This document shows, one piece after another, positions 63,380-64,000 of a stretch of DNA of 64,000 nucleotides. Below the pieces are notes generated by a model. It was not told where the DNA came from. It made no database searches and was given only the letters and a program-made list of their open reading frames with translations. Within the stretch, counting starts at the first letter, position 1; each line of letters begins with the position of its first letter. This stretch comes from Tubulanus polymorphus. Taxonomy: Eukaryota; Animalia; Nemertea. The DNA lies in the NCBI RefSeq assembly GCF_964204645.1, contig NC_134029.1, positions 14,440,950-14,504,949 on the forward strand. The letters run 5' to 3'. A program made the position numbers and the translations under genes.

Positions 63380-63735
63380 TGGCGTTAAGAAAAAGCCTAG
63401 ATCCGAGAAACAAACTAAATGGGCAAGAGAATTAGGTAAAAGATCTTCAGAATTAAAAAAAGCTAAGAAAAAGAAATTAACTGAAATGAATCACAGACTT
63501 TATCTGATATTGATTCAAATAATAATCCATCTTATTCTTCTAATGCTGGAAGTAATTATAAATTATATATTACAATTGGATTAGTAACAGTTATTATATT
63601 ATCCGGTGTAATATATAAATCAAAATTCAAATCTAATGATAAAGATGATTCCAATTAAATAAACCTATTATACCAGAAAATAAATCAAATGATAAAGTCA
63701 TTGAAAATAACCCAAGATTATTATTAATGGATTAA
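63372..63735 (+). pseudogene. Basic N-terminal protein with probable TM segment, frameshifted
   Basis: MSDGVKKKPRSEKQTKWARELGK; IGLVTVIILSGVIY in a second frame. Confidence 0.55.
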
Positions 63736-63741
63736 AATAAG

Positions 63742-64000
63742 ATGAAAAAAGAACAATATTTAAGAGAGTTATATTATAACCCAGAAAGTGAAGTATCATA
63801 TTCTAACGTTTCAGAATTATGGAATAAAATTAAATCTGATAATGAAAATGGCGCCATACGGCACCCACATGGTGGTATAAAATATAGCGAATTAAAATCA
63901 TGGTTACAAAATCAACCAACATATCAAATTCATAAGAAAATGGATAAAACTTATTTAACAAGAAAAGTTATGGTTTCATATATCGATCAACAATGGCAAG
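63742..64000 (+). CDS. Polinton retroviral-like (RVE) integrase, N-terminus, runs off the window
   Basis: LYYNP...LKSWLQNQPTYQIHK...RKVMVSYIDQQWQ, the typical lead-in to the WQADL first catalytic Asp. Confidence 0.85.
   Translation, partial: MKKEQYLRELYYNPESEVSYSNVSELWNKIKSDNENGAIRHPHGGIKYSELKSWLQNQPTYQIHKKMDKTYLTRKVMVSYIDQQWQ

Overview
Repeat-dense eukaryotic (invertebrate-like) genomic DNA; the host species cannot be identified from sequence. The only host gene is the 3' end of ZFAND2B/AIRAPL: a UIM exon at 1176-1275 and a CAAX exon at 23516-23551. Their 22-kb intron holds a decayed Kolobok transposon (P2X7-ballast-like KolX gene plus DDE transposase), Helentron-type non-autonomous elements (HINEs), MITEs and a decayed Gypsy element. 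Penelope and BEL/Pao remnants follow. Most of 28.9-64 kb is two related, very AT-rich endogenous Polinton/Maverick (adintovirus-like) genomes. Copy B inserted into the pPolB gene of copy A (6-bp TSD CATATA), and a later inversion (breakpoint about 41270) flipped B's right arm together with the rest of A. A is further interrupted by HINEs, including a 14.5-kb nested pair that carries an RTE-X-like LINE. Two features of this virus stand out. Its roughly 505-bp terminal inverted repeats begin with a 269-bp fold-back hairpin, and most of its genes start at a poxvirus-late-promoter-like motif (T-run, about 6 nt, TAAATG). With an NCLDV-type HNH gene and many membrane proteins, this suggests, as an untested hypothesis, a virophage-like Polinton transcribed by a cytoplasmic pox-like helper virus. 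All family assignments are by motif recognition, not database search.
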